A DNA stretch of 64,000 nt from Octopus sinensis (GCF_006345805.1 NC_043000.1:138508001-138572000), one strand, 5' to 3'. Numbered from the stretch's first letter, positions 37,712 to 50,004 are shown. Notes: a model not told the origin generated them from the sequence alone. Numbers and translations: made by a program.

Positions 37712-38097
37712 GAGGTGCAATGGCCCAGTGGTTAGGGCAGCGGACTCGCGGTCATAGGATTGCAGTTTCGATTCCCAGACCAGGCGTTGTGAGTGTTTAT
37801 TGAGCGAAAACACCTAAAAGCTCCACGAGGCTCCGGCAGGGGATGGTGGTGATCCCTGCTGTACTCTTTCACCACAACTTTCTCTCACTCTTACTTCCTG
37901 TTTCTGTTGTACCTGTATTTCAAAGGGCCGGCCTTGTCGCTCTCTGTGTCACGCTGAATATCCCCGAGAACTACATTATGGGTACACGTGTCCGTGGAGT
38001 GCTCAGCCACTTACATGTTAATTTCACGAGCAGGCTGTTCCGTTGATTCGGATCAACCGGAACCCTCGTCGTCGTAACCGACGGAGTGCTTCCATCC
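37712..38097 (+). mobile_element. SINE family C, full length
   Basis: 15-bp TSD catacaggcatagtg (37697-37711, 38098-38112). Confidence 0.95.
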
Positions 38098-38648
38098 CAT
38101 ACAGGCATAGTGCTGTTTATTTGTAATTTTTGCATTCAAAGGAGTAGGGGTTTTATTTCCTTACTTGGAAATTATAGGAAGAACATCCAGCCATAAAATG
38201 CCGCTGCTACTGCCGATGAAGTGAACAATATCTAATGATACGAGGAATGAAGTAATTAGCATTAAAGACTTTCAATGTAGAGTTCTATTTTAGAAATGTC
38301 ATGTCCTTTACTGTAAGTGTCAAATTAGAAATGCATGTTGGTATCTATGTTTCGAATATCAAATATCAAATGTGTAATTTGGGGTTCACACTGACAGCTC
38401 CCAATGAGTGTCACCTATTTGCATGCATGTGAGAAGAAATCAATATTATTAGGACCTAATGAGCTTCCTTAATATTGTCATTAATCTCACTATAACCTTT
38501 CTTCCTATGAATGTTATCATAATACTTTTCATCATAAGATCTTTTATAAACTAATCCATGTTTGGTTGTCTTTCTATGTTTATATAAACAGAATTTAGAA
38601 TTTGCCAATTCAAATTCTCAGCACTTATGTCCATATATTTATCTTATG

Positions 38649-38788
38649 TTTTGTTGTGTCTTGGGAGAATCATTACACCAATATTAATAACACATGCTCT
38701 GGTTCATTTCCACTCATTTATTATTTGTCACTTGGTTAAACATCTATCCAGCTATCCAATTGATTGTTTGTTTAACTTGTTGGTTAAA
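38649..38788 (-). repeat. Local repeat family H, copy 2 (inverted)
   Basis: Reverse complement reads tttaaccaacaagttaaacaaacaa...catgtgttattaatattggtgtaa...agacacaacaaaa. Confidence 0.75.
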
Positions 38789-38854
38789 CAGTCTATGGGT
38801 TTTTAAAAAAAAATTTTGTTGATCAAAGTTCTTTAGTTGTCATTCTTTTTTTTC

Positions 38855-39263
38855 TTTTACTTGTTTCAGTCATTTGACTGTGGCCATGCTGGAGCACCGC
38901 CTTTAGTCGAGCAAATCGACCCTGGGACTTATTCTTTGTAAGCCCAGTACTTATTCTATCGGTCTCTTTTTGCCGAACCGCTAAGTGACGGGAACATAAA
39001 CACACCGGCATCGGTTGTCAAGCAATGCTAGGGGGACAAACACAGACACACAAACACATACACACACACATATATATATACATATATATATATATATATG
39101 CGACAGGCTTCTTTCAGTTTCCGTCTACCAAATCCACTCACAAGGCATTGGTTGGCCCAGGGCTATAGCAGAAGACACTTGCCCAAGATGCCACACAGTG
39201 GGACTGAACCCGGAACCATGATGTTGGTTAGCAAGCTACTTACCACACAGCCACTCCTGCGCC
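38855..39263 (-). mobile_element. SINE family A, full length
   Basis: Family consensus. Confidence 0.92.
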
Positions 39264-39378
39264 TTTTCTGTTAATCTCTCCCATTTTGCTATGGAGACTA
39301 TGTCTGTCTGTCTGAGACCTAGTTGTTTGTATTAAAAAGACAAAAAAACAACAACACAAAAGAAAAAAGGATTTATTC

Positions 39379-39573
39379 TTTAACCAACAAGTTAAACAAA
39401 CAACTGATTAGTAAGTTGGATATACATTTAACAAATTGACTAATAATAAAGGAATCGAATTGAACTAATGCATATGTTATTAATATTGGCGTAAAATATT
39501 AGCATAATGACTCTCCAGAGACACAACAAAATTTGTTTCATCACACAAATTTATATAAAGAATCTTGCAAACC
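39379..39573 (+). repeat. Local repeat family H, copy 3
   Basis: See copies 1 and 2. Confidence 0.75.
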
Positions 39574-39724
39574 AAATAGAAAAACATAATATCACACATA
39601 ATATAATCCAAAATTTTCCATTGAGCTTACATCCATCAAATCCAATACTGATTGCGATGTCAGAGTATATGAAACAATGAGAGAAGCTGTATGTGGTTCC
39701 TTGATCAACTAGAAATAACCAACA

Positions 39725-39990
39725 TCATCATCATCCTCATCATCATCATCATCGTTTAACATCCGTTTTTCCATGCTAGCATGGGTTGGACGGTTTGAAC
39801 AGTGTCTGGGAAGCCAGGAGGTTGCACCAGGCTCCAGTCTGATTTGGCAGTGTTTCTACAGCTGGATGCCCTTTCTAATGCCAACCTCTCCATGAGTGTA
39901 GTGGGTGCTTTTTACATGCCACCAGCACAGAGGCCAGAGAAGTCTGGCAACTGCCATGGTCAGTTGGTGATTTTTACGTGCCACCAACAT
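39725..39990 (-). mobile_element. RTE-LINE 3' UTR (family B)
   Basis: (CAT)n plus family consensus. Confidence 0.88.
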
Positions 39991-40324
39991 GGAAGCCAGT
40001 CAAACATCCAACAAAAAACATTTTATCTTTATAGTAAAGAAAGAACATAATGATTGGATGATGCAACTGAGATAAATAACAATTACAGTGTATTAGAACA
40101 TATAACCACGGGATCAGAGCTAAAGTAAAACTGAACTGCAACATTAGTAACTCAAAGGAGAGTTTCTAGATAAAGGATGTCATTTGTCCATAACAAACAA
40201 ATTTAGACACAACTAACTGAACCTTTAAATTAGTAATTCCTCATACTAACTCCCTCTTCTTCCACATCTTTAGTATACTGCTGAATACAGGAAAATAATT
40301 GTAATATTTTGAAAAAGACCGAGG

Positions 40325-40555
40325 GGGTGAGCTAGCAGAATCATTAGCACGCCAAGCAAAATGCTTGGAGGCATTTCCTCTGTCTTCACCTTTTGAGTTC
40401 AAATCCCACCAAGGTCGACTTTGCCTTTCATCATTTCAGGGCCGATAAAAAAATAAGTACCAGTTGAGCACTGAGATCATTGCTATTGATTTACCCCTTT
40501 CTCAAAAATGCCGGCCTTGTGCTAAAATTTGAAATCAGTATTTCGCATAGTCTTG
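40325..40555 (+). mobile_element. SINE family D (D1 tail)
   Basis: gagctagcagaatcattagcac...gagttcaaatccc...ggtcgactttgcctttcatc. Confidence 0.85.
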
Positions 40556-40614
40556 CTGAAAAGTTCTTAAAAAATATGGAGAAATTTACTATGAGAAAAC
40601 CTTTCAGAAATATA

Positions 40615-41180
40615 TTGGGTTGTCCAGAAGGTTCGTGCCGATTTTCAAAGGAAAGAAAAAGGTCAATAAATACTTGCCAATTCATTTTTAATCAACCAAA
40701 TATGAACCATTTTGTTGCACAATTCGTCTCCATCTTTCCTTTAACTTGAGAATATCCTCTTCCCAGAATTGAGGTGGTTTCATGGCAAGGAGTTCATCAA
40801 GGTATCATTTTACGTCATCGAAGGAATTGAAATTTTTACCATTAAGACTATTCTGCAGAGACCTGAATAAGTGGAAATCTGAAGGAGCAATATCTGGTGA
40901 ATATGGAGGGTGGGGTAACACATCCCAGCCGAGCTGCAGCAATTTTTGTCTGGCTCTCATAGCATCAAGTGCCAAAAATGAACTTTTTTATCCTCAATTT
41001 TAAAGGGTTACAGAATTAACACAGGTTATAGGAACATAAACCTTCTTCCATGAAAAGATAGCTTAAACTGTGCTCTAAATGGAGGTGTTGTCAAATCCTA
41101 TTTTATGGACTCAACCATGTTCTAAAATAAGTGGAAAAGTAAGCTACTATAAATCGGCATGAACTTTCCGGACAACCCGA
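40615..41180 (-). mobile_element. Internally deleted mariner (DD34D) element with both TIRs
   Basis: TA-flanked ~30-bp TIRs ttgggttgtccagaaggttcgtgccgattt / aaatcggcatgaactttccggacaacccga; GWDVLPHPPYSPDIAPSDFHLFRSLQNSL...ERWRRIVQQNGSYLVD* on minus strand. Confidence 0.93.
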
Positions 41181-41581
41181 TAATATCGATGACTCTAATT
41201 TACCTTGCTGAGTAATATTATCAGAAGCTGTTTCATTAATTGAAGATTTTTTTAAACAAAATCTTTAATCTAATTAAAACTAAGCAGAAGAAAAGAATAG
41301 CAGTTTTTTTTTCCTCGTTATGTTTTGACTGCAATTACTAATAAATCAATAATGCTATCACTATTGGACCATCATTATAATTTTCAGTAATTGGACAGCT
41401 ATTATTATTAACTAGTAATTCTATTTTTATTGTAAGGGAAGATTGTTAGTTTTGCACTCTGCCAAATGGTTCTCTTTTATTTTTCTTAGCTGTTCTATTA
41501 TTAAGGAAATAGTTTGGGTTGTGCAGGAGGCTGCTCAGTGCAGTGCTTTATTCAGTTCATACTGCAATTCCACTGAATGGA

Positions 41582-42115
41582 TCATCATCATCATCATCAT
41601 CATCGTTTAACGTCCGCTTTCCATGCTAGCATGGGTTGGACGGTTCAACTGGGGTCTGGCAAGCTCGAAGGCTGCCCCAGGCCAGTCAGATCTGACAGTG
41701 TTTCTACAGCTGGATGCCCTTCCTAATGCCAACCACTCCGAGAGTGTAGTGGGTGATTTTATGTGCCACCGACACAGGTGCCAGACGAGGCTGGCAGACG
41801 GCCATGCTCGGATGGTGTTTTTATGTGCCACCGACACAGGTACCAGACGAGGCTGGCAGACGGCCACGCTCGGATGGTGTTTTTTATGTGCCACCGACAC
41901 AGGTGCCAGACGAGGCTGGCAGACAGCCACGCTCGGATGGTGTTTTCTTATGTGCCACCAACACAGGTGCCAGACGAGGCTGGCGAACGGCCACGCTCGG
42001 ATGGTGTTTGTTACGTGCCCTCAGCACGGAGGCCAGTCGATGCGGTACTGGCTACGGTCATGTTCGGATGGTTTTCTTATGTGCCACCGGCACTGGTACC
42101 ACAAGGATACGAATT
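41582..42115 (-). mobile_element. RTE-LINE 3' UTR (family B) with expanded 62-66 bp VNTR
   Basis: Units start at ~41761, 41823, 41886, 41950, 42013, 42079. Confidence 0.92.
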
Positions 42116-42238
42116 CCATTGAATCGGCACATAATTCTTCAAGTGAGAGGCCTATACTATATATATATAAATATCATAGCTGTTTTTTAGACCATCAACC
42201 TAAGTTGACTCAGTACATGTCTGGCACGTAAAAATGTA

Positions 42239-42821
42239 AATATAGATGTTTATGATGTAATTTGAATGCTTTGCAATCAAATTTGAATTTTTCAATTGGT
42301 GCTCCAGTCTTGAAAAAAATAAGAGTTAAACTACATCAGCCGTGAGGGAATACACGTCTATCTTATCTAACTCGTCCAGTAGAGCCCACCAATTGATATC
42401 TGAAAAGTTCGATGAAATAACTCATGAACACTGTGATAGCTTCTACCAAAAGATGCTCCGTTATGTTGACTGGTCTGAACAAGGGGAGATAATAAACGAA
42501 TGATTCTTTTTCTTGTTCAGACCGGTCGATGTAATGGAGCATCTTTTGGTAGAAGCTATCATAGTGTTCATGAGTTATTTCATCAAACTTTTCAGATATC
42601 AATTGGTGGGCTCTACTCGACGAGTTAGATAAGATAGACATGTATTCCCTTACGGCTGATGTGGTCTAACTCTATTTTTTTTTTCAAGGCTTGAGCACCA
42701 ATTGAAAAATTCAAATTTGATTGCAAAGAATTCAAATTTGATTGCAAAGAATTCAAATTTGATGGCAAAGAATTCAAATTTGATGGAGAAGAATCCAAAC
42801 TAGATCGAAAACGTCTATATT
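42239..42821. repeat. Fold-back palindrome (long inverted repeat), probable MITE/foldback element
   Basis: Core arms of ~215 bp (42269-42483 vs 42512-42728) about 93% identical by my count, ~28-nt spacer, weaker outer homology; 21-bp unit amplified on the right arm. Confidence 0.93.
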
Positions 42822-43051
42822 AAACCATAAACTTTGCAGTAAGAGATCTCTGAGTAAAATAAAAGTTTACTGGATTGCATTAATATTCAAAGAGTCTTAA
42901 ATACTTATTTACTGGTTTCAATCATAGAACTGTGACCCTGCTGGGTCAGCAACTTCAGATATTTTTGTTGATTATATCAAATTTACTACTTATTTTCAGG
43001 CTGATATTTATTTTCTCAATTTTTATTGAATGACAATGAATTTACTTATGG

Positions 43052-43231
43052 CATAAAGCCCCATTGATATACACACTCATATACACACTTATGGGTACAC
43101 ATTTGCATATGTGTGTGTCTATATATACTCATACATGTGTCTATAAAGCCCCATTGATATACACACTCATATACACACTTATGGGTACAAATTTGCATAT
43201 GTGTGTGTCTATATATATTCATACATGTGTC
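43052..43231. repeat. 90-bp tandem duplication
   Basis: ataaagccccattgatatac at 43052 and 43142. Confidence 0.92.
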
Positions 43232-43265
43232 TTTGTGTGTGTCAGTGTGTGTGTGTGTGTGTGTA

Positions 43266-44470
43266 CAGGGTGCATCAGTTTTTTTTATGACATTTGTATG
43301 TATTTAGGAAAAAATTGCATAGCTCATCAAGAAAAATTGTATTTGAAGACAAGTTGTTACAATTAATCTTGGGAAAACTTTTATCACACCTATTCAATGA
43401 ATCCACCATTAGAATCCATGACTGCATTAATATGCAATCAGAAGTATTGACGAATTCGTATCAGATGATCTTTATCATTTCTGGACATAGTGTTGGTTAT
43501 GGTGGACTTCAGTGATTGCATGGTGGTGTTGATTGGCCTCTCTCTCTCTCTAACTACTCTTCATACATAATAGTCCAGTGGATTGATGTCTGGTGGGCTT
43601 GGAAGCCACACACATCCACATTTGGATTGTCCTAGCCTTATGACACAGCAGAGAGACTTCTTGGAAGATGTACAGTCTTCTGTTGCATGCTCTGTCTATC
43701 CAGGACCTCACAGCTTTCTCCAGCCCCTCTGCATAGACAGCAGCATTGATTCTTAAGATTTCTTAAGTGAAAAGAGTGAAGAAGTAGGACATCTTCCTCA
43801 TTGCTGATGACTCCCAGAACCATCACAATTGCTAAGAACTTAGTATGCATGACTTTTTCACTCTCAGTATACACGACTGTTGGAACTTCATTCAGGTCTC
43901 TGCATAGCAGTCTATTGTCCCTGCAGCTTATGTTTAGTACTAATCAAAGGTTTTCTCATTGGAGGAAAACTAAAGTATTCCAGCCTCTTGGTGTTTCAAC
44001 TTGTTTAGCAAACACTTTGCCCTGATTAAACAAGTCTACATTGTCACATCTGGCATAAACTGACCCCTCAGCATCATATATGACTTGTACCTATTTCTTT
44101 ACTACCCACAAGGGGCTAAACACAGAGAGGACAAACAAGGACAGACAACGGATTAAGTCGTTTATATCGATCCGAGTGCGTAACTGGTACTTAATTTATT
44201 GACCCCGCAAAGATGTAAGGCAAAGTTGACCTCGACGGAATTTGAACTCAGAACGTAATGGCAGATGAAATACGGCTACGCATTTCGCCCGGTGTGCTAA
44301 CGTTTCTGCCAGCTCACCGCCTCACATATGACTTGTACCATATATCCTCATGTGCAACTTTTCTTATCGTGCATTCTGAAACCCTGAGGTCCTTCGCTAA
44401 GGGCCTGATTAATTTTCCAGGGCTTTTATTGAATATGTCATTGACTTTTGTACAACGTTATGTGTTCTGG
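43266..44470 (-). mobile_element. maT/DD37D (Bmmar1-like) transposon relic interrupted by a SINE
   Basis: TA|CAGGGTGCATC terminus; VMHTKFLAIVMVLGVISNE, KDHLIR...AVMDSNGGFIE*, PGKLIRPLAKDLRVSECTIRK..HEDIWYKSY. Confidence 0.88.
44092..44325 (-). mobile_element. SINE family D (D2 tail)
   Basis: 14-bp TSD atatgacttgtacc (44078-44091, 44326-44339). Confidence 0.95.
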
Positions 44471-44504
44471 TGGTATTAGAACCCTGTGCATACATAAGGA
44501 AATA

Positions 44505-44600
44505 GTTGGGGTGGTGGTGGTGGTGATGGTGATGATGATGATGATCATGATCGTGATGATGATGATCATGATGATGATGATCATGATGATGATGAATGTA
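44505..44600. repeat. (GAT)n/(GGT)n microsatellite
   Basis: Direct inspection. Confidence 0.9.
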
Positions 44601-45032
44601 TGTATATATATGCATAGGTGTACAATGTAAAAATGCTCTTCTGAATAGTTTTTTTCAAAAACTTTCACTCACAAGATATTGAATTAACACCTGAGGTTAC
44701 AAGACAAGACACTTGTTTAAGGTACCATGCTATATGAGTTCAAATATAGAATCACGTTGTCAGGAAAGAAACTTCAAAACTACGGGGTTTTACTTGTGCC
44801 AAAAGTGAGTCTAGACATTCAGTTTTGCTTTACACTTCTAAGTACAAATCTCACAGAAACTGAATTCCTTTATAAACCCACATCAATAAATACCAGCAGA
44901 ATATTGGATCCAATTCAGTCATTTGCTATCTTCCATCCACAAGAGAAACTAGTCAGAGATTAAATAAACAAAATTTAAAAAAAAAAAAATAAAATGATAA
45001 TTAGTCTGAAAATATATTTTGGAATATATGAT

Positions 45033-45403
45033 ATACTCTTTACTCTTTTACTTGTTTCAGTCATGTGACTGTGGCCATGCTGGAGCACCACCTTTAGTCG
45101 AGAAAATAGACCCCAGGACTTACTCTTTGTAAGCCTAGTACTTATTCTATCTGTCTTTTTTGCCGAACCGCTAAGTTATGGGGACGTAAACACACCAGCA
45201 TCGGTTGTCAAACACAGACACGCCAACATATATACACACACACACATATATACATATATACGATGGGCTTCTTTCAGTTTCTGTTTACCAAATCCACTCA
45301 CAAGGTTTTGGTCGGCCCGAGGTTATCGTAGAAGCCACTTGCCCAAGGTGCCACGCAGTGGGACTGAACCCGGAACCATGTGGTTCGTAAGCAAGCTACT
45401 TAC
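45033..45403 (-). mobile_element. SINE family A
   Basis: Family consensus, small deletion next to the linker. Confidence 0.9.
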
Positions 45404-45891
45404 CACACACCCACTCCTACACCTTATTTTTTAACATTTGTTCCCTCCCAATAATAATTGCTAAAGAAGATATTATTTCCAGTAATTAGATCATCAACAT
45501 CAGTTTCATATTAGAAATACTTAATAAATAAAGAAATAAAATATTCAACATATTGAAAAATGGAAATCAAAATATTTTTTTCTTTCAGTTCAGTTATTCT
45601 GTTTGAATGGATATTTTAACTAATTTAATTTACAAGCTTGGGTTGTTAAAAAATGTAAAAGATATATCTATAATTGACTGGTGCATTAGCAATATTTTGC
45701 TACCATGTAATACTGTAATACAGAATATTACTATAGCTATTATTTAAACTAACACTGTATATCAGCATTTTTCATCCGAGGTTTCCCAGAACCCTAGGGT
45801 TCTGCAAAAGGTTCCTAGGGGTTCTGTGAGAAAGCTAAAGAGTGAGAAAGCTAAAGCAAATTTCATGATCATAATGTTACTATATAGGCAC

Positions 45892-46260
45892 AGTGGAGAT
45901 GTGGTTAGGTCAGCGGACTCGCGGTCATGGGATCATGATTTCGATTCCTAGACCGGGCATTGTGAGTGTTTATTGAGTGAAAACACTTAAAGCTCCACGA
46001 GGCTCTGGTAGGGGGTGGTGGCAAATCTTGCTGTACTCTTTCATCACAACTTTCTCTCACTCTTTCTTCCTGTCTCTGTTGTACCTGTATTTCAAAGGGC
46101 AGCCTTGTCATACTTTACGTCGTGCTGAATCTCTCCAAGAACTACATTAAGGGTACATGTGTCTGTGGAGTGCTCAACCACTTGCACATTAGTTTCACGA
46201 ACAGTCTGTTCCATTGATTGGATTAACTGGAACACTTGTCGTTGTAACTGACAGAGTGCT
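45892..46260 (+). mobile_element. SINE family C, diverged
   Basis: Family C consensus. Confidence 0.9.
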
Positions 46261-46310
46261 GTAGTATATATGCCCAACATATATATATATACATGCAGCA
46301 AGTGTGTGTG

Positions 46311-46349
<39 letters not shown>

Positions 46350-46769
46350 CCACGAATACACACACATATGCACACACATATGGAGTAGACCTATAATCAG
46401 TTGTGACAATCCCAAATCTTGTTTATCAAACGGTCAAATCTTATCTATGGAAGATTTAGCTGCTCTTTTCAAGGTGGTTCAGTAACAATGCTTCCTCATT
46501 GATCCATATATATCAGACAAAAGTATTAGTAAGTGACATTGACTGAAGGGAAATTGAGTATATATTTAGATTATATTTTTCTGCTTTTTATTTATTTATT
46601 TAAATGTTGGTTTTAGATTGGAGCCAATTTTTAAATTGAATTCAATTTTCAAGGGTTTTGTAATAAACCATGTATGAGTTCCAGTACTCATCTTTGTACT
46701 TACTTCATTGATCTTTGTTCACTGATTAGTATAAAGAGTCTTAACTCGGTATCTAAGTTCCATATATGA

Positions 46770-47110
46770 GACCCTCTTCGGTCATGAGTGACCATGAGAT
46801 TGCACCTAGAAAGTTACCCTCTCAGTTACAAGTCCAGGCAAGGTTGTTTATGGCAGACCAGTAGTCACCCATGCATATCAGTCTCCCCTCTTCATGCCAC
46901 CAATGTTATCCAAGGGAAAGGCAAGGGCCAATACAGCTTGGCACCTGTGATGTCACAACTCATTTCTACATTTCTCCAGCTGAGTGAACTGGAACAACAT
47001 GAAATACAGTGTCTTGCTCAAGAACACAACACACAGCCCAGTCCGGGATTCGAACTCACAACCTCACAATTGTAAGCTCGACACTCTAACAACTGGGCCA
47101 TGCACCTTCA
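46770..47110 (-). mobile_element. tRNA-derived SINE family G
   Basis: Minus strand tggcccagttgttagagt (A box), gagttcgaatccc (B box), CORE-like gtgttcttgagcaagacact. Confidence 0.8.
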
Positions 47111-48848
47111 TCTGAGTACCATAAGGTGTTTATATTTGATGCACTAATTTATATACATTACTGTACAGATACAAACAGAAAGATAGACACACACTGATGC
47201 ATATGTATATGTGTAAGTGGAGCGGGAGGATTAGTAACAAACTGTAAAACTGGGCACTCAACACCAGAAAGTTTTGAGTCAATAATCAATTAATTTTAAT
47301 AGATTTATGTTAATACTCCAGAGACCAGACAGATATCAACAATTATTCAACTTGAATTAAAATTACAAATGCCATTCTGCTATTGCAGTTGACGAAAGCA
47401 AGCAGGTATATGACAATATGAACATTTTGTTTTTGCATGTATACATTTATAATTAAGCAATTCGTTTATGTATGATTAATCATAATCAAAAAATATATTT
47501 GCATATTTAATGTGAGAGTGGGCAATGATAAATTATACCATAAGAAAGCAAAAATATGGAAACTGGGGTAAAGATCATCATCATCATCTTCATTGTCATT
47601 GTTGTTGTCATCGTCATCATCATTGTTTAACATTTATTATGTTTCCATGCTTGCATATGTCAGATGGAATTCTAATTTTTAACAGTCAAATGCTCTTTCT
47701 GTCACCAATTTTTGCCATTTCCCAGGTAAGGTGATATTTTCCCATGGCCAGATTTGGGTGACCTGAAATTGCTGTAGAAGACATTTACCTGAGTATAATG
47801 TGCCAAGACTACATTATTTCACGTGTTCTTTATTTTGCAAGATATTAGAGTGTGAATTTAGAGAGATTTGACTGCTATATTTGCTAGATCAAGCAGTTAT
47901 ATTTAGCAGTAGTTCCTAGGCTTTCATTACTTACATGGTACACTTCAGAGCAAATAAAAATATTTTGGTGTACTTTCTACATAAACTAAAAGTCTGTATC
48001 GAAAAAACTACGTATTAAAGGTTTAAATAATTTTGATTACATGTAATTATGCTGTTAATTCTTTATTCAATAAACGAAACTTAATTATCTAGATTTATTC
48101 ATCTAAAATTTCATTTTGTAATATTCTACACCTAAAAGATCTTTCATTATTTTTGTGAGGCACCTAGCTTCATTTTTCAGCACAGTGATGTGTTACAGTG
48201 CAGCATTTGGAAACTATTGGCTTAGATATTCCCTTGTTTACTTAACATTCTCTGTTTATAATCTTGTATATGTAGGGCTATTAACAACCTCCTTGTTCTC
48301 TTAAAAGAGGCTCACTCCTTTCATTTTTATAATGTCCTGTTTATCTATGTTCCCTTTCAAATATTTCATTTACCTTTTATTTATGCTTTCAACTAAAATA
48401 GTGTTTTCATTTTGATGTATTTTAATGTGGCTGTTGCTATATGTAAGAACATTGTAGAAAGTGATACTTTATAATCTCTATAGTTATTTGGATACGTAAC
48501 GATAGAAGGAAGAACTTAGTAAAGTATTTTGCAATTTTGCAATTACTTTCTCTAGCAATGCTTGTGAGAATCGATGAAGACAACATTGTTGTGTAATAAA
48601 ACACTTGTCAGTTGTGCAATTACAAGGTTCTTGCAGCTAACTGTATCTGTTTACTGTATTAAAGAATAGCAGGAGAAAAATACCCCCAAAAATGCCTGCT
48701 GCATAGAAAACAATTAGTTAAGTGAATGCTAACATAATTTATACAGAGAACTGTGAAATTCTAATTAATTATAATTGTTAGTTTAGTGATTCATTCTGAT
48801 CACGAAAATCAAGAGAGACAAACCTGGAATTTAACATTATAAAACTTA

Positions 48849-49246
48849 TCTTTATATATAAAAGTCAAGTTGTGTGTCTGTCTCCTACGATTTAGATTCC
48901 TAACTACTCCCACATTTTGCGGTGCAGTTTAACCAAAACCGGGTATCTTACAGTCGTGATTCATATCGAGCCCTTCTGGGTATTAGCGCGCATCTACGAT
49001 GAGTCTACGATTTAAAAAAAAATTTACCATCATTTGTTTCCATTTTAATGCATTTTTTCACTATTATATAAGGGAAGTAACTCTCTAAAAATGTCTACGA
49101 GGAGTCAACGATTTAAAAAAAAATTTACCATAATTTTTTTTCCATTTTTAATGCATTTTTTTGCTACTTTTTGGCTATAACTCTCTAAAAATGCTTATAT
49201 AGTTATTTCCCTTACAAACCCGAGCAACGCCGGGCGATACTGCTAG
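48849..49246 (+). mobile_element. Non-autonomous Helitron with internal tandem duplication
   Basis: A|TC ... cccgagcaacgccggg hairpin ... CTAG|T; ~85-bp internal segment repeated relative to 35286 copy. Confidence 0.92.
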
Positions 49247-49399
49247 TTACAAATAGAATGCAATAGGGTGTAATTGTGACATTTAGCAGTACAGGGACAT
49301 CTCCAGTTTCATATCATTAGACTTTGTTAGCAAGGCAGAGTGGATATCGATGCCTTGCACTGACACATTGAGCATTGCTTCACACTGTGTGATTGTTGA

Positions 49400-49700
49400 A
49401 AGCAACACAGAAGATTGTGCAACATGATCTAATTTGGGAGCTTATGCTTTATGAGTTCGAACTGGGTCATAACAGCATGGATGCAACTAAAAACATCTGT
49501 TGTGAGAAAGGTGAAGGCTCAGTGATCACAGTAACTAGATGGTGCAAAACTTTCATATGGGTTGCAAGAACCTTGATGATTAGGCAAGGTTGGGTTGGCC
49601 TAAAACTGTTTATTCTAAGGCTGTGCTCCAAGCCATAGAGACAAATCCAGTGAGTGGCACTTGGGGAGTATCAGGTGAGCTAGACATCTTACAGGTCTAT
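49400..49700 (+). mobile_element. mariner transposase N-terminal relic
   Basis: MLYEFELGHNSMDATKNICCEKGEG...GCKNLDD*ARLGWPKTV..AVLQAIETNP. Confidence 0.85.
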
Positions 49701-49748
49701 GCCACTGTGTAGAAAAACTATCCAACATTGGTTAACAGAAAACTAGCT

Positions 49749-49968
49749 GGCAGAAACGTTAGCACGCCAGGCAAAATGCATAGCTGTATTTCGTCTGCCA
49801 TTACATTCTGAGTTCAAATTCTGCCGAGGTTGACTTTCCCTTTCATCCTTTCGGGGTCGATTAAATAAGTACCAGTTACGCACTGGGATCGATATAATCG
49901 ACTTAGTCCGTTCGTCTGTCCTTGTTTGTCCCCTCTATGTTTAGCCCCTTGTGGGCAATAAAGAAATA
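49749..49968 (+). mobile_element. SINE family D (D2 tail)
   Basis: 12-bp TSD agaaaactagct (49737-49748, 49969-49980). Confidence 0.93.
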
Positions 49969-50004
49969 AGAAAACTAGCTCTTCTGCAGCAAGGCAAAGC
50001 AAAA

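Noticed and set aside
37712-37790. tRNA-like heads here and in other SINE copies
   Set aside because: Continue into SINE bodies with TSDs; not stand-alone tRNA genes
41607-42231. 107-202 aa repetitive ORFs
   Set aside because: Produced by the 62-66 bp VNTR in a LINE 3' UTR; unit lengths are mostly not multiples of 3 and the peptide cycles through frames
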